Of a stretch of 64,000 nt of DNA, positions 36,380 to 49,500 are shown one piece after another. Position numbers and translations under genes: made by a program. Position 1 is the first letter of the stretch, and each line of letters opens with the position of its first letter. Source of the stretch: Lingula anatina (Eukaryota > Animalia > Brachiopoda); the NCBI GenBank assembly GCA_051362555.1, contig CM120640.1, positions 16,926,001 to 16,990,000 on the forward strand. Reading direction: 5' to 3'. The notes beneath the pieces are model-generated. The model was not told the DNA's origin, did not search any database, and saw nothing but the letters and a program-made list of their open reading frames with translations.

Positions 36380-37926
36380 GGATATATTGTGTGTGGACTG
36401 TGTCTGAGCTGGGGTGCAGCTGGGAATACCTTCAAGTTGTGGATTTTGTGAAGACGTTTAAGTATATACAAATATATAAATTTCGCCCTTAAATATGATT
36501 AAGAAATATTTTGGTTCATTAACCTTTTGAGGGATAATGTGCCAGCCACTGTTGCTCAAAAGAAGAAGCACAGCACAGTGAAACACAGTGCACAGATGTC
36601 ATTGAAGGTACATGCATGCATTGTCTGGGTGATTTCCAATTGATGGAGACAGAGCCAACATCCAGATCTCCATTCTTTGGACCATGGTAACATCAGATGT
36701 GGGAGAGAGTGAGTTTTTGACAAAGATAGACCAGCAACTGGCTGTTGAGAAAACCACTTTGAAAAGTCAAAGAACTGCAAGGCTCAAGGTACAATGTATG
36801 GACATTCCCTCTTTGCTAGAACAGGCAATATAGTCAGATGGGCTTGAAAGTGAAGGTGAAGTCCAGTACATTTTAGATGGTGTGGCGCTTCTTCATCACA
36901 CACCTTGGACTGTTGGAATGTGTTGCACACCAGGGAGCTAAAGTGTAGCATTACAAAGGGATCATCTTGGGTGTCCCCTTTACTAAGCTATGGTTCTGCA
37001 CACCTAGTTAGATCCAATTAACAGTATGAGCACAGATGAGACGAAGCTGAAGAGTGGAAAAGAAAAAATTCTTACCAACAAAGAAAACAAACAGGTTCAT
37101 TTATTACCTTGGTGAGAAGTTGGAAGGTGTTGGAGTTAAAGTAATCCAAGTTCCAGGTGATGAAGACCGCCATATTCCATTTAAGTAAAAAAAGTTTATC
37201 TGAAGCGCACATCAAATGATCATAATCTCCTGAGCCTTGTCCCAAAGCCATAATTGCTCGCAATGTCATTTTCTTGTTTTTGAAGTGAAACCTAGGTCAT
37301 CCCTGGTGAAGACAGTTAGGTACTGATTGACTGGTCAGTTATTTTTAACTAAGATTCAAATGGAATAAGCCATTGAATTAATGTGTAGGGACAGGATAGC
37401 AATACATTTTAAGTAGGAAATAATGTCGTTTACCTCAGGCAAGTTTATTTTGGTGCATGAATTGGATAAAGAGCTCCTTTAAAATCATTTTATTTAAGTC
37501 TTTATGTCCTGGCCAATCTAGTACTACAACAGAAAGTGGTAAAAAACCATAAATGTACTTTTGAGCTTATTTTTACTTCAAATTTGGTCATTTGTAGCCG
37601 CCATTTTAGTTTTGGCGGCCATTTTGTATTTTGTTGAGGCTATCTGCATTTGATTTACTTGGAGAGAAGTGGCAAAACATCCCTTTATGCATTTTGTACC
37701 CTTTTAACAAGCTTTTGTTGAAACCACCGGGAGCAATTTTGCACCTACTAACAGTAGATCTATGTGCTGGCGGCCATTTTTGATTTTCCCCAAAAAATAC
37801 CTGTTCCACTACTTGGATTTTTCTAGATTTTTAATATGATCATATGGACCACTCAAAGACTCAAAAAAACCATACTACAATTTTTTTGCAATTAGTCCCG
37901 GGTTAAACCATTTTTTTCTTAGACTA
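36380..37926 (+). mobile_element. Decayed Academ(X)-like DNA transposon remnant
   Basis: Broken frames give KSQRTARLKVQCMDI, EVQYILDGVALLHHTPW, KEKILTNKENKQ/FIYYLGEKLEGVGVKVIQVPGDED, which I recognise as resembling transposase and XPG/PIN-like motifs of this group. A non-coding tail ends ...TTAGACTA at 37926. Left end not found; boundaries approximate. Confidence 0.55.
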
Positions 37927-38555
37927 CATGGCAAATTTCATAAACGACAGAAACACGAAGTCTTCACAATGTGTAACTGCACATACTGACTCTAGCACTG
38001 TGGCATAAATAATTTTCTTTTGTCTTAATTTTCAGCTAATTTTACTCGTCAGCGCACTGAAAAGACGGAAAATGTGTACCAGAATCCTACGGAGGAATTT
38101 CAACAGTTCAGATGCAGCTATTGATTACGATGATAGCCATGTGCATATGAAATAGAAAGTAACATCTCTTTTTAAACATTTAAAGGTACACTCCATGATA
38201 TTACCCGTCAGTGGATTTTCCCTGAAAAATAAGAAAATTTTTCGTACTTCCGAATTTTTATCTATCTCCCTTTTCACTTGGATTCGACCTTTGGTAAAAT
38301 ATATAAAGGTTGATTTGAGCTAAACATTACTGGTCAGTCTTTATAACAGCGATCATTTTCCTATAAGCTCCAATGGAAATATCAACATCAGGTACGTTCC
38401 ATAAAAATATTTAAGGGGTTAAATCATTGCCAAAAAATGAACTATTTTGCTAAATGTAGGCCTTTATAACGTATCGACCCCCTATAGCTTACAATATCTA
38501 GTAGTATGTCCTTTATTCTATTTGTCGGAATTAAGGTATGGTCGAAAACAAGCAG

Positions 38556-38845
38556 CTGATTAGATTTCAATCCTTCACGTAGTGTTTGCTTATTTTTTGC
38601 CGGGTGTCTCTTCATCACTAAACACCGGGGTTGAGTTTATCAGAAATTTCTGAATTAATGTCCCATGTTATTTTAAGTCGGCTAATTTTCAGTTTTGTTT
38701 ACATATTTAAAAAAGGTCTATGAGTGGGATTTAGGAAAAAATTACCTGATTAGATGCCAGTCCTTCACATCCTTTTTGATTATTTTTGCTCGGTATCTCT
38801 TCATCACTGAAAAATGGAGTTGGGTTTATTAGCGTTTTCTGAAAC
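38556..38845. repeat. Diverged tandem duplication, period ~190 bp
   Basis: CTGATTAGAT...TCCTTCAC...TCTCTTCATCACT...GTTTAT...TTTCTGAA occurs from 38556 and again from 38746. Confidence 0.7.
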
Positions 38846-39682
38846 CCCCAAAAAACTTTATATTCCGGTTAGTTATTTTGATCGAAGTATTACTGAATAG
38901 GTTCTTCTTTTCTTATAGAAACTTATTAAGTCGTTTGAGTAGCAATTTTCAAAATGCATAAAATATTAGATAATTACTTGGAGACGGTGCCCCCTTTTTG
39001 TGTAGACACTTAGTCTATAATCCCATATATCGTGTTATTATAGAAATTGCTCTTAATTGAGAGCAAAATGTAGTTGTTAGAAATTTTAACATTTAAAAAA
39101 TTCAAAATATCTTTGTTGCGGTTGTTAATATCTGGACCGCTTGCATCCATTCCTTGGTCTCTCAGAACTGAAGAAGTGACATGTCTTTGTCAGTTAGATT
39201 CTATTAGATTTTTTTTTTTTTTTTGGGGGGGGGTGAGGAGGGAGGTTGGTGTGAATGCTTTTCCTTCTCAATAATCACAATTATTTGAAAAGTAGAGCTT
39301 CATTTATTACAATTTGCTACAGAGAAAGAAACATGGGACGCATTATTGTTCCACATTTTTCAAAATATGGCAGAAGAAAATAAACTCCAGACCCTAACCC
39401 AACCCAAATTGAAACGGCCTTCTGTAGGTCACTAGCTATCCTAGCATGGTCCACTGCATGCTTTTAAATCTGAGAAGTAAAAAAAAACTAATACCGCGTG
39501 CATGCTAATAACTTTATTCAACGGACCATAAAATCACGCAAGACAACGGAATTTTAATTCTGTGACGACCTTACTTCAAAAAGCAGGTGCTTGATTGCAA
39601 CCTGCCTCTATTTTTTTCTCGCTTGCAAACAACGCCTTAACGAAACACTTTTTGACCAGTGGAGAACTTGTGTGAAACGATT

Positions 39683-39733
<51 letters not shown>

Positions 39734-40359
39734 AGAGGCGTATTTTCCTCGCTTAGTTCAGTAAAGTATATTGAATACATGTACATACTGGTATCACTGG
39801 CTTGTACAGGCTATGGGGAAAGGAACATAAGGATAAAAATACATAAAAAGTACACGAGTTTTTAAACCATAACACGTAGGTCACAGATGTTGGGGAATTG
39901 CTTGGTCTTGTCTATCCACTTGTTATACTGTATCAGATTCTAGGAACAAGAGGGTATCTCATGGGAGAGGCGTGTGTTAACAGGCGTGTATCTGCTGCGC
40001 TCTCCCCTGGATTTTTAAGTGAGTAAACTGCTTCATGCATATGGACGCAATACGCGTGTAACACTCTTTGACAACAATGCATAAGGTTTAAGATTTCATT
40101 AAAATAGTTCGCAGTTTAATTTGGAGTATTCACAACCGTCCGTTTTATTTTGGTATTTGCTGTGTTAAAGCAGTTTAAAGCATTTGGACTGTAAAAAGAT
40201 ACGACCCATTTCAGGTTAATTATCATTACAATCAATAGCAAAAATATATTCGCATGATAGCAAAATATACAATTTAAGGTCTTGGATAAAATAAGTTTCA
40301 ATATCAAATAATAATATTACACAATGGTTATTAGGTAATGCAACCAGTTGCAAAGGTAT

Positions 40360-40395
<36 letters not shown>

Positions 40396-40574
40396 CAAGA
40401 AACAAATGTCAAAGCAAAACTTATCAAAATGTGCGTAAGATATTCCATTTTGGGAGCATTCTCGAAAAGCTCCTCAACTGAAAAATTAATGCTTGGTGTC
40501 CCAGTACGAATTGCACTTTAAATTGCAATTGCAATATTGCAGAATTCCATTTGGGTTGAAGACAGCAATGGGAC

Positions 40575-43500
40575 TCATGCCTGAAAATTGGCATAGGTGT
40601 CGAACATGTGGATATAATCATCCACGCACTCGTAGCAGAACTTATATTGGTCCTGTAAGTAAAACAATTTGGTTAAGTTAAACAAATATTATAATGACAT
40701 ACAAAACAAATAAATAACATAGGGACCATTCCCACAGATATTTGGATCGATCTATCTCCCTGGGGAGTCTCACTAAATTGCTGTCAGCTTAACCGGCTTA
40801 AATGTCTGTCCCGCCTACTAAAAGCTGTTAGGGAGTTATTAACTTTCGTGCGCGCTCGGCTCCCTCTTGAGCTGACAGCAATTTATTAGCGTGAATCCCC
40901 AGGTAATTAGGTCGATCCTGATGGATCGATCTAAGTATGGGAACCCAGTCATAGTTTCATATTGATTAAATCCATTTACATGAAAAAGCTGCATGTTTAG
41001 ATCAAATTCAGATGGTTAATTCATCGCATCAAAATGAATAACAAGTGCAGAAGCAGCTAGTCCTTGCAAACTGTTCGATCATAGTATTCACTTTATATGA
41101 GCCTCACCAAGCTATCCACAAATTGTGGTCTGTTGATCCTAGTTGCCTTTATTGTATGGAACACGTCTACCTCTTGTTCTACTTTCGTTTTCTCCACGAT
41201 TCGCGACACAGCACAGAACAACCCGCTTTGATGAGCACCATTCCTGTAAAGAAGGATTACTTAAGAGGTGTATCCGGCTTCTGGTATCTGGGCATATGTT
41301 TAAAAATCAGACACAACTTGATTCAAGTTTATCTTTCACAAATTAAAGGGAAAGCGAGTTGTGAGCAGAATGAACAAAGGTTTGAATAACTGCCAAATCT
41401 TATAGATCCTGGAAGCTAAATGAATAAAAACTTACATGCAATGTACTGTAATCCTTGTATCGCCACTTTGCTGTTGCCAATGTTCTATTTCATCTATTAA
41501 GCCAAGGAATGTCGTCTTAGATTGTGGCACTGCATCTGAGGTCTTCCAGTCATGATACTGAAACTGACAGATCCTTTGGGGAGCATCTTTGGGCTAATAA
41601 AAAACAATATAATTTCCCATTATATTTTTTTGTCAATATTGTTTTCTTGTATTAACACTTACTTTTGCCACAAAAAGGTGGCAATGGGTAAGGTATAATT
41701 TTTCAAATTGCGAAAAGCACCCGGTTGAAAGTTACTTCAGAAAGATGAAAACGTATATGCTTCAATATATTCTTCTTTTCTTTGCGTTAGCCAAGCAGGT
41801 CTAAATATTGTAGATTTAATACTCTTGTAATGTTTTGTCAACCTGATGGCAGTATTACCGTTGCAGGTTCTATTAGGATCGATCCGATATATTACGAAAC
41901 ATTTACATACCCGTTCAGAGTTATTGAGTTTGTATTCCCTCACTGAAAGATGCTCTGAGGGAGCACGGGATTTTACGAACTCCACGGTGAAGTGCCCGTA
42001 TGTAGCAGTTCCCGTCTCTGGCCAATACACTGCGACAGTCTGCTGGAAGAGTGACATATATCAGTTGTTGTAAAGAAACCGCGTGTTAACACAGCTGATA
42101 AGATTCACTTAAACTGTTGTAGGGCCTGAGTCTGAGGTTTAGTGTGGAACACACATCCACTAATATCTTCCACATACTTCTCCTCTCTTCTGTTTTCTAG
42201 TCTAATAATCTAAATAAATAAATAAAGATCCAAAAAACACATATTAGCTATTGCCGCTTACCTCATCATCTTGAATAATCTCGTTGAGCATGACAATGGT
42301 AGCAGACCTCTGGTCGTGTATCATCCTCCAGAAATCAACCACGGTGCTTGGAAGCGGCATCTGCGTCACGATATACGCGTCACAACGCCGGTGACCCTGA
42401 AATAAATATATACGTCCACCCTTTGAATATTACTTTATACAAAGGGCATACTCGTACTACAAAATTATGGATACTTCTAACTCAAATGTATATCGTTGGG
42501 ATCAGGCCTATTCCATGTCCAAATACAGAATAATAATTCTTCAATTGTCAATAAAAATAGTAACATATAAACATAAAATTTCAATATTAATCACATAATA
42601 CATGTACTTATTTTTCTGCGTCAATTTCTTTATTGCCAAAACAGTATAATTCTTTCTTACGTCTACAAACACTGCATTGATGTAATCGGATGTTTGCGTA
42701 CTATTTATCTCAAGGTATGGTCGACAGTGGTTAGCTGGAATAAACAAAAAAAAATTGTGAAATTAATATATGCTGTACTGCGTAATCGGCCTTTTGCTGC
42801 TAAAGAAACATTCTACTTAATAATGTAAATGTATAGGGGGATATTCCCGTTTCTGTTATTCAATTCTTCATTTAAACAGGCTTCTCGTTGTCCCTTGCGT
42901 GAATATGGTAAAAATTAATCGTTTCTACAGAGACCCAGGATTTTTAATGATGAACAAATTATGTTTTGATAAAGGCTAGTTACAGCACGTTTCGTATCTG
43001 TAGGTAAAAACACATTAAGTCTCTTTACATTTTATTTATTCCATATCAAATTTAATTCTAACTAGTAAAATATATCAAACAGTTAATTATAACTTCATGT
43101 CGGTCTTCCAGGTCAGAACTTTAACCCACCTGGTACTATATTCCTAACTCTGTTCTTACTGAGATTCTCTTCGTTAAGTGCAGTTTTGGTCTCTTCTTGG
43201 TCGATTTCAGGAGTCATAATTTGAAGAACCTAAAAGTTTCAAACACTTGTATTATCATTTCGTGAAAGAGGAATCATTGGACCACAAGTAGCAGAAACTC
43301 TTTATCATATAACCCTAAAAATATGACGGACGTAAACAGTCGAGCATTTGTTCTACCTTAGTTCCCAATATCTGCCCTCTTATTATCTAGGGGGTTCTCT
43401 CTTAACCCTCTAGATAAATATTGTCCTAAATAGTGTTTCGCTAGGTAAAAACTGTAATACTTGTTTTAAAATTATTATTTAAAAGCCTTAAGAAATACTG

Positions 43501-46500
43501 CATTAGGTGTATCTTAGCCAATTTTGATACGAGTTAAGAACTAGAGGATGCTGTAGTGCTTAGCTTTGCCTAGATGTGTTTTAACTTCGTACTTGTGATT
43601 ATTATGCATCTGACTAACCAAGTTGATTCTAATTAAGGTAAAGAGAATCTGGATGCACCCTACAATGAGAACACTAAACTCGCCTCAAACTGTTCCTCAA
43701 GTTTTGTGCTACTTTCAGACGACCCTTTTTTCTTCAGCTCTGCATAACGTTCAGCGAATTCCTGGACAGGAATAGTAGTCTCCCCGCACAGTAACTCCTC
43801 TAGCATGGTGTAATGAAGAAAATAGTACTGTTCCTAAAAGAAAAAGAAAAGAAAATATTGGATCTAATATCTGTAAAAAGGAAATCCATGAAATCCATGT
43901 CATAGATGGTGCACGCAACAGAGACGCCAAACATATCGACATATCGTTTTTAAGTGACTTAGGAAATGCAGGGAAAAGAAATAAGTTGTAGGCCTATAAT
44001 ATTTCGAAGTGAAAGATAAAGAACACATTCAATTAATTGTCGACAATATACTTCCTCTACAACATAAAACTATCATTTCATCTAAGGAGAGTATCGTTTG
44101 AAAGTACGAAAAGAAACTTCAGTGTAATAAAATTATAAAACGATAAAAAACTTACCACTGTTTGAATCATTTTAGGTCGTGCTCCTCGCATGAGCTGCAC
44201 AAGCTGGAAGATGTTGATTTTACCCTCTGCTTGGGCTTGGTCCATGAGGTAATCTAAGGCAATAAACGTGCCTGTCCGCCCCACACCAGCACTGAAAAAT
44301 GAATTTTAAAATAAGTCTTTTAAAAAGTGTTGGACACCTTCTGATATATTTATTTAAAGCAATTCAATGTAACTTGGGATTCCTTTTGCAGTATATCAAA
44401 TTGATGATGTTGGCTTATTCATGGCAATGTCGAACACCAATAAATCCTATTATAAAAGATACAGAAATGATAGATTCAAAGCATGTATCAGAATACTTGC
44501 CTACAGTGAACAACGACAGGTCCCCTCCTTTGAACCGTCGTCTCATATTCCTTGATTTTCTTTCTAAAAGTTATTAAAGATGTTGGATCGACAGGGACGC
44601 CGTGATCCGGCCAACCCGTGAAGTGAAACTGCTTTAGGGACTTTTCAGAAGACTCTCCTGTCTGAAGGAAAAGGTTTGCACAGTACCAACACTTAGTAGA
44701 ATGTTTTTAAAAAAGACGTCATATAAAATTACCTTCATGATTACGTTTACCAAGAAGATGATGACTAGCATTAATATAATATAATATAATATAATATAAT
44801 ATAAAATGGGTACGGATCATTCCATACCGTTATCATTACAAGTAATTACCTTTGTTATTTGGAATGTTCTGATGCTAAAATCCTCGTGCTCTTCAACATG
44901 CATCGATATAATTGTTATTTCACCATGCTGTACGCTGCCTTTGTTTGGCCAATACTCAGCGCTTTTTGCCTACAATAGAGTGGGAGCACATAAGGCATCT
45001 TTGCAGAAACCAAAACTTAAGGCTGATACTAGACAGAAATCAGGACAGTGTGCAATGCACATACTCTTTCTGAATCACTTTATTTTGCATAATTAAGTCT
45101 GCAACATGATGTGCTTTAAAATCACACATGTATTGACCAACATCAATTAAAGTTAGTAGGCAATACATAATGCACAATTTCAGAATATGTGCGCTGATAA
45201 TATATTGATGTACAGTGTTTGTCTGATAAGTAACATGTGCTCACGGTGACAACCCTGACATAAAACGCCTTACTTTTGCATTCTCCACTATTCTTGTAAC
45301 CATGACGATGAGAGGAGAGTCCACCTGCCACACCATACGCCAGAAGTCGTTTACTGTGTTGGGCTTTGGACCTGGTAAGATATAAGGGAATCAATTAATG
45401 CACAAAAATATATAATGAGAAAAAAAACGAGCTTCCAGTCTTATCACAAAGTATTTCTAACATTTTGTATCAGACTATTTTAATTCCATCTCACAATAGA
45501 AGCAAGTCGGAATTCTTACCTTGAGCGGCAATGAAAGCATTCGATCGCTTATATCCCTGAAAAATGTAAACAAAAATATTAAATGGTATGTAAAGCTGAA
45601 ACAAGAATTGTTGTATTCAACAGATACAGGTACGTTTAGTAAATCAAAGCACGTGTTACGTATGGTAAAATAACAAATTTAATTCACCTGTCGTCGGTGA
45701 AGACGACATTTACATTCAATTTAATACAGATGAATATAAATCGGAAACACTTACATCTATGTAGTTTGCATTGATATAGTCTGACTGTGGGTCATCAGGT
45801 AGTTTGTCCAGAACAATACGAGAGTGATCATCTGGTCAAGAGATGTATTTTAATATTAAACAAATGTAATTTACATTATTCATAATTTTTGTTTGCTTTA
45901 TTAAAGTTTCTACGTGAAGGAAGTTTAAACATCAAAGCTTCCCTGAAGCATATGAAATATATGTATATTTGAACATTTCATTTTATCTAAGTTGATTTTT
46001 TACATTATTGTTTTATCTTTACAAAGTAAGGTAGGCCCTGTTGGCAACATGCTTTCTACTTTGTTGATAAGATTTACCATTTTATAAAGTTTTTTATCAA
46101 AACTTACATGGTAATATGTTTTTAAATCTGTTTTTGATATTGTTTTCAGGCTTCCTCCCTGCGGTGCAAGCAGCCTGTAAATCTTTGGACAATTTCTGAA
46201 AAAAAAGTTAATGTACAAATAACTTCAACTATAATATTGATAATGTAACTAGACACACTATAAACATGGAATTCAGACGACCCAGAAAGCTTACAATAAG
46301 TAAACACCTATTTACCTCATATTCTTCTTTCATCAATTCTCTGGTCTTCCACAGCATTATGTGCATTATCTGGTCGACGGGAATATCGGTACCTTGTTCC
46401 ACGTTGCCGTAAAGCGGCTCGGCATCGGTATACAAGACTTCGTTGGTAACCGGCTCGTGCTTTTTCTTTGGGCTTTCTGGATCTGGAAATTTAGGTCAGG

Positions 46501-49500
46501 ACCAAATGTTTTAGAATTAATTTTGGAATGAGTCTACTGACACATCCACGCTCTTTTACCATTGTTAAACTGTATATAAGAATAGTTTAAAATATCAAAT
46601 TTTATTTAGTTGGAATATATTTGAAGCTTCAAGCGTGTCCCCAGGGTTAATGATTCTTTATAGGCAGTTACGTTTCTCACCTGTAATATGTTCAGTGCTA
46701 CTATTTAAATTATCGTCTTTAAATGCTGCGTTCTTGAAAGGAATCTCTTCCCTCGATGATGGTTTCGACATTTGTCTTCGCCTTCTTCTGAAACAGAGAA
46801 AATTTATTACATATTGTCCGTATTTCAAAACTTTGGTTCGACGGAACCCACTATAAATACAATACAACTGAGAATCGAGCAAGTACAATTTACAAAAACA
46901 GCATTTTATTTAGGTGGTCTTACTTCATAAGAATGACAGCTACGACGATGACAATAACAGCGACCAAGACCACGGCAGCTATCACTCCGCCTATGACCCC
47001 TGCGTCACTAGATGGCGCTGAAAATAAGAATCGGTTTTGAACAATGGGTGTATTATTATCATCCATGTATGATAATTGAACGGTGATTGGCAGGCTCAAT
47101 CCGTTAAGCGGGTTAATGTCACTCTTCCATCAATCCTATCAATATAAGTATTATGTAAGATTTAATTATAGCCCCAGAACGACTCTGAATCGCAATCACA
47201 AAAAATCATGGCGTTCACAATAGTATATATGTACCTGTTTCATCGTTCTTGGGAACAAATCCAGACAAAAGTCGGCTGTAAGTCTGTGCTGTTACCTGTA
47301 AGAATCCAAGTCAGTCACGGATTACAAGGAATTTCAATGTGTCATAATCTAAATTCTAGATTTTCCTCATAACTGTTTCATTTACTTTATTGACAAAATG
47401 CCTGTTTCCATTTTCTTCTATTTTGAACATGATTAATTTATAATTTCGACCCACTTCAATATTTGTGAACAGTTCTTGCTTACTGTAGCATAAATCCAGT
47501 CGTTAACCTACCCCATCTATACTCGATAGGACGCCAAAGTATATATCATAAGTTTGTCCTTCAACCAAAGGCGTATTCTGATATCCTCCATATGTTTGAT
47601 TATCGCCGACAGTAAATTCTGCCCCCAGTCGAGTGCTATCTACTTCAGCTGTGATGTAATAATTCAAGTTTAAATCCATGGCCTCTCTATACGACGTCAG
47701 GTTTTGGGTGTTGCCGTTGACGTCTCTTTTACGGCGGCGTGACATCAGTTCAACAACTAATCTGTAAGGGCGATAGATACTATAACAGACTTTCGGATTT
47801 CAAGATACAAGGAATTAAAACTTAACAATGGCATAAAAAAATTCCTGGTGTAAAATCTATCAAGAATATAGACCAAATGCTCGCCTTTATATTTTACTGA
47901 CTTGTTTATGTTTACACATTAAAGTGTGTCCCTCAAAAATATTACTCCTTTCCGTCTAACCTTGACAAATGACTGGCTACTGAAGCCGACTGCTTCATTC
48001 CGCAATGTGCCTGTCAGCTTCTTTCGTATATTATTTAAGCATGAACGCTTATGCTGTGGTTTAATGTTTTTATGACAACCTAAAATTATTCGGACCCTCG
48101 TCATACAAAGACAAGCATTAATAATCCGCATTTGTTCACAAGTTAGAAGAATTTGCTTTCAGAATACCCTTATATAATTTCCCAGATATATGAAAACCAA
48201 TAAATGAAACATATTTTCCACACTAGATTAAAACAATCAGACATTAAAAAACATCGAAATCGCTGTTACAGTTGGATTCAGCTATCCTCAAAGTTACATT
48301 GTAAGGTCACACATGCCTGTACTTATCTCCCACGCTGACATTCGGTAAAAGGACAGTCACGGTCGATCTCGTTCTTTTCCTTGGAGTCCTTGAGTTTCGA
48401 AGTGATTCATCATCGATGACTGGAGCTAAAATCATACCCAAAAATTTATAAAACTCGCCTGAAGCCTTATTCAAACCTCAAATTTCAAACTTTTTACACT
48501 TTTTATTGTTCATGCTTTTGTCTTGTTAAATAAAAATCACCAATACAATATGTACCTCCTATACCTGTATGTAATTGAGTCGTTGTTCTAATAATTAAAG
48601 TCATTATTACTAGTGTCAAAACACACGATTCTTACGAGATGGTGCCGTCCATATAACTCTCGTCGTGTAGGTTCCGTATCCCACAGATGTCCTTGCAGCC
48701 ACCCCACAAACATATCTTGTGGACGGTCTCAAGTTTTCTACGACCTGCTGTCTCAGTTCGGGGCTGTTTGAAATGTGCGTCTTATTTGTATCGGATGGTG
48801 AGTTGTATACAGAGCATATTATCTGGAAAATTTTAACCATTAATTCAATAATATTATCCCAGATTTGTGTTTAGAGCGAAACGAATTTCAGAAATGGTCT
48901 CACGTTAATTTTTATTCAATCTGCCACCATTTTAAGCAACCGAGAAAATTATGTTTTACCTTGTAGCCCATTATCCTTCCATTCTTTTTGATCGGTTCAT
49001 TCCATCGCAACGTCAGGGACGAATCTGTTCTGCTGCTGTTTTCTAAGTTATTTGGTTCTCCTGGTCCTGAAAGGAATATGCCACTGATTAACAATTCAAA
49101 AAAAAAAAAAACCCACACATTTTGCTTCTGAAATCATTTTATTACGTTATTGAATCAGTTAACCATATAAAAATGAATCGTTTAAATTCCTTTAGTAAAA
49201 GAAATAGTAATTAAAGAAATTAAAGTTTTACGAATGTCTTTTTATCTTAAATCTATACTAAGAGTACTTAATCTGTACTCAAGGTGCTTTTATTTTTTAG
49301 CACTCAGCACTTTGAAGATTAAACAGTATGAATGACACTCAAAATATACGCAGAAGGGAATGATAATTAGTGAAAAACATACGGCCTTCAACTGTCACAG
49401 CCTGAACCAGGTCACTGTACTGTCCCGGGCCTCGATTTGTAGCAGCTCGAATCTGAAATAACAGAACACACTAGGTGAATTATGCCAAATATCAAATTCA

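Noticed and set aside
41104-45373. Suspected frameshifts in PTP exons, since the ORF track misses them
   Set aside because: Manual reading gives open frames ([16 protein letters not shown]; [16 protein letters not shown]); they are short exons.
46108-46195. KNRF instead of KNRY as loss of D1 activity
   Set aside because: Conservative aromatic change; WPD, HCSAGVGR and Q-loop (MIQT) are intact.
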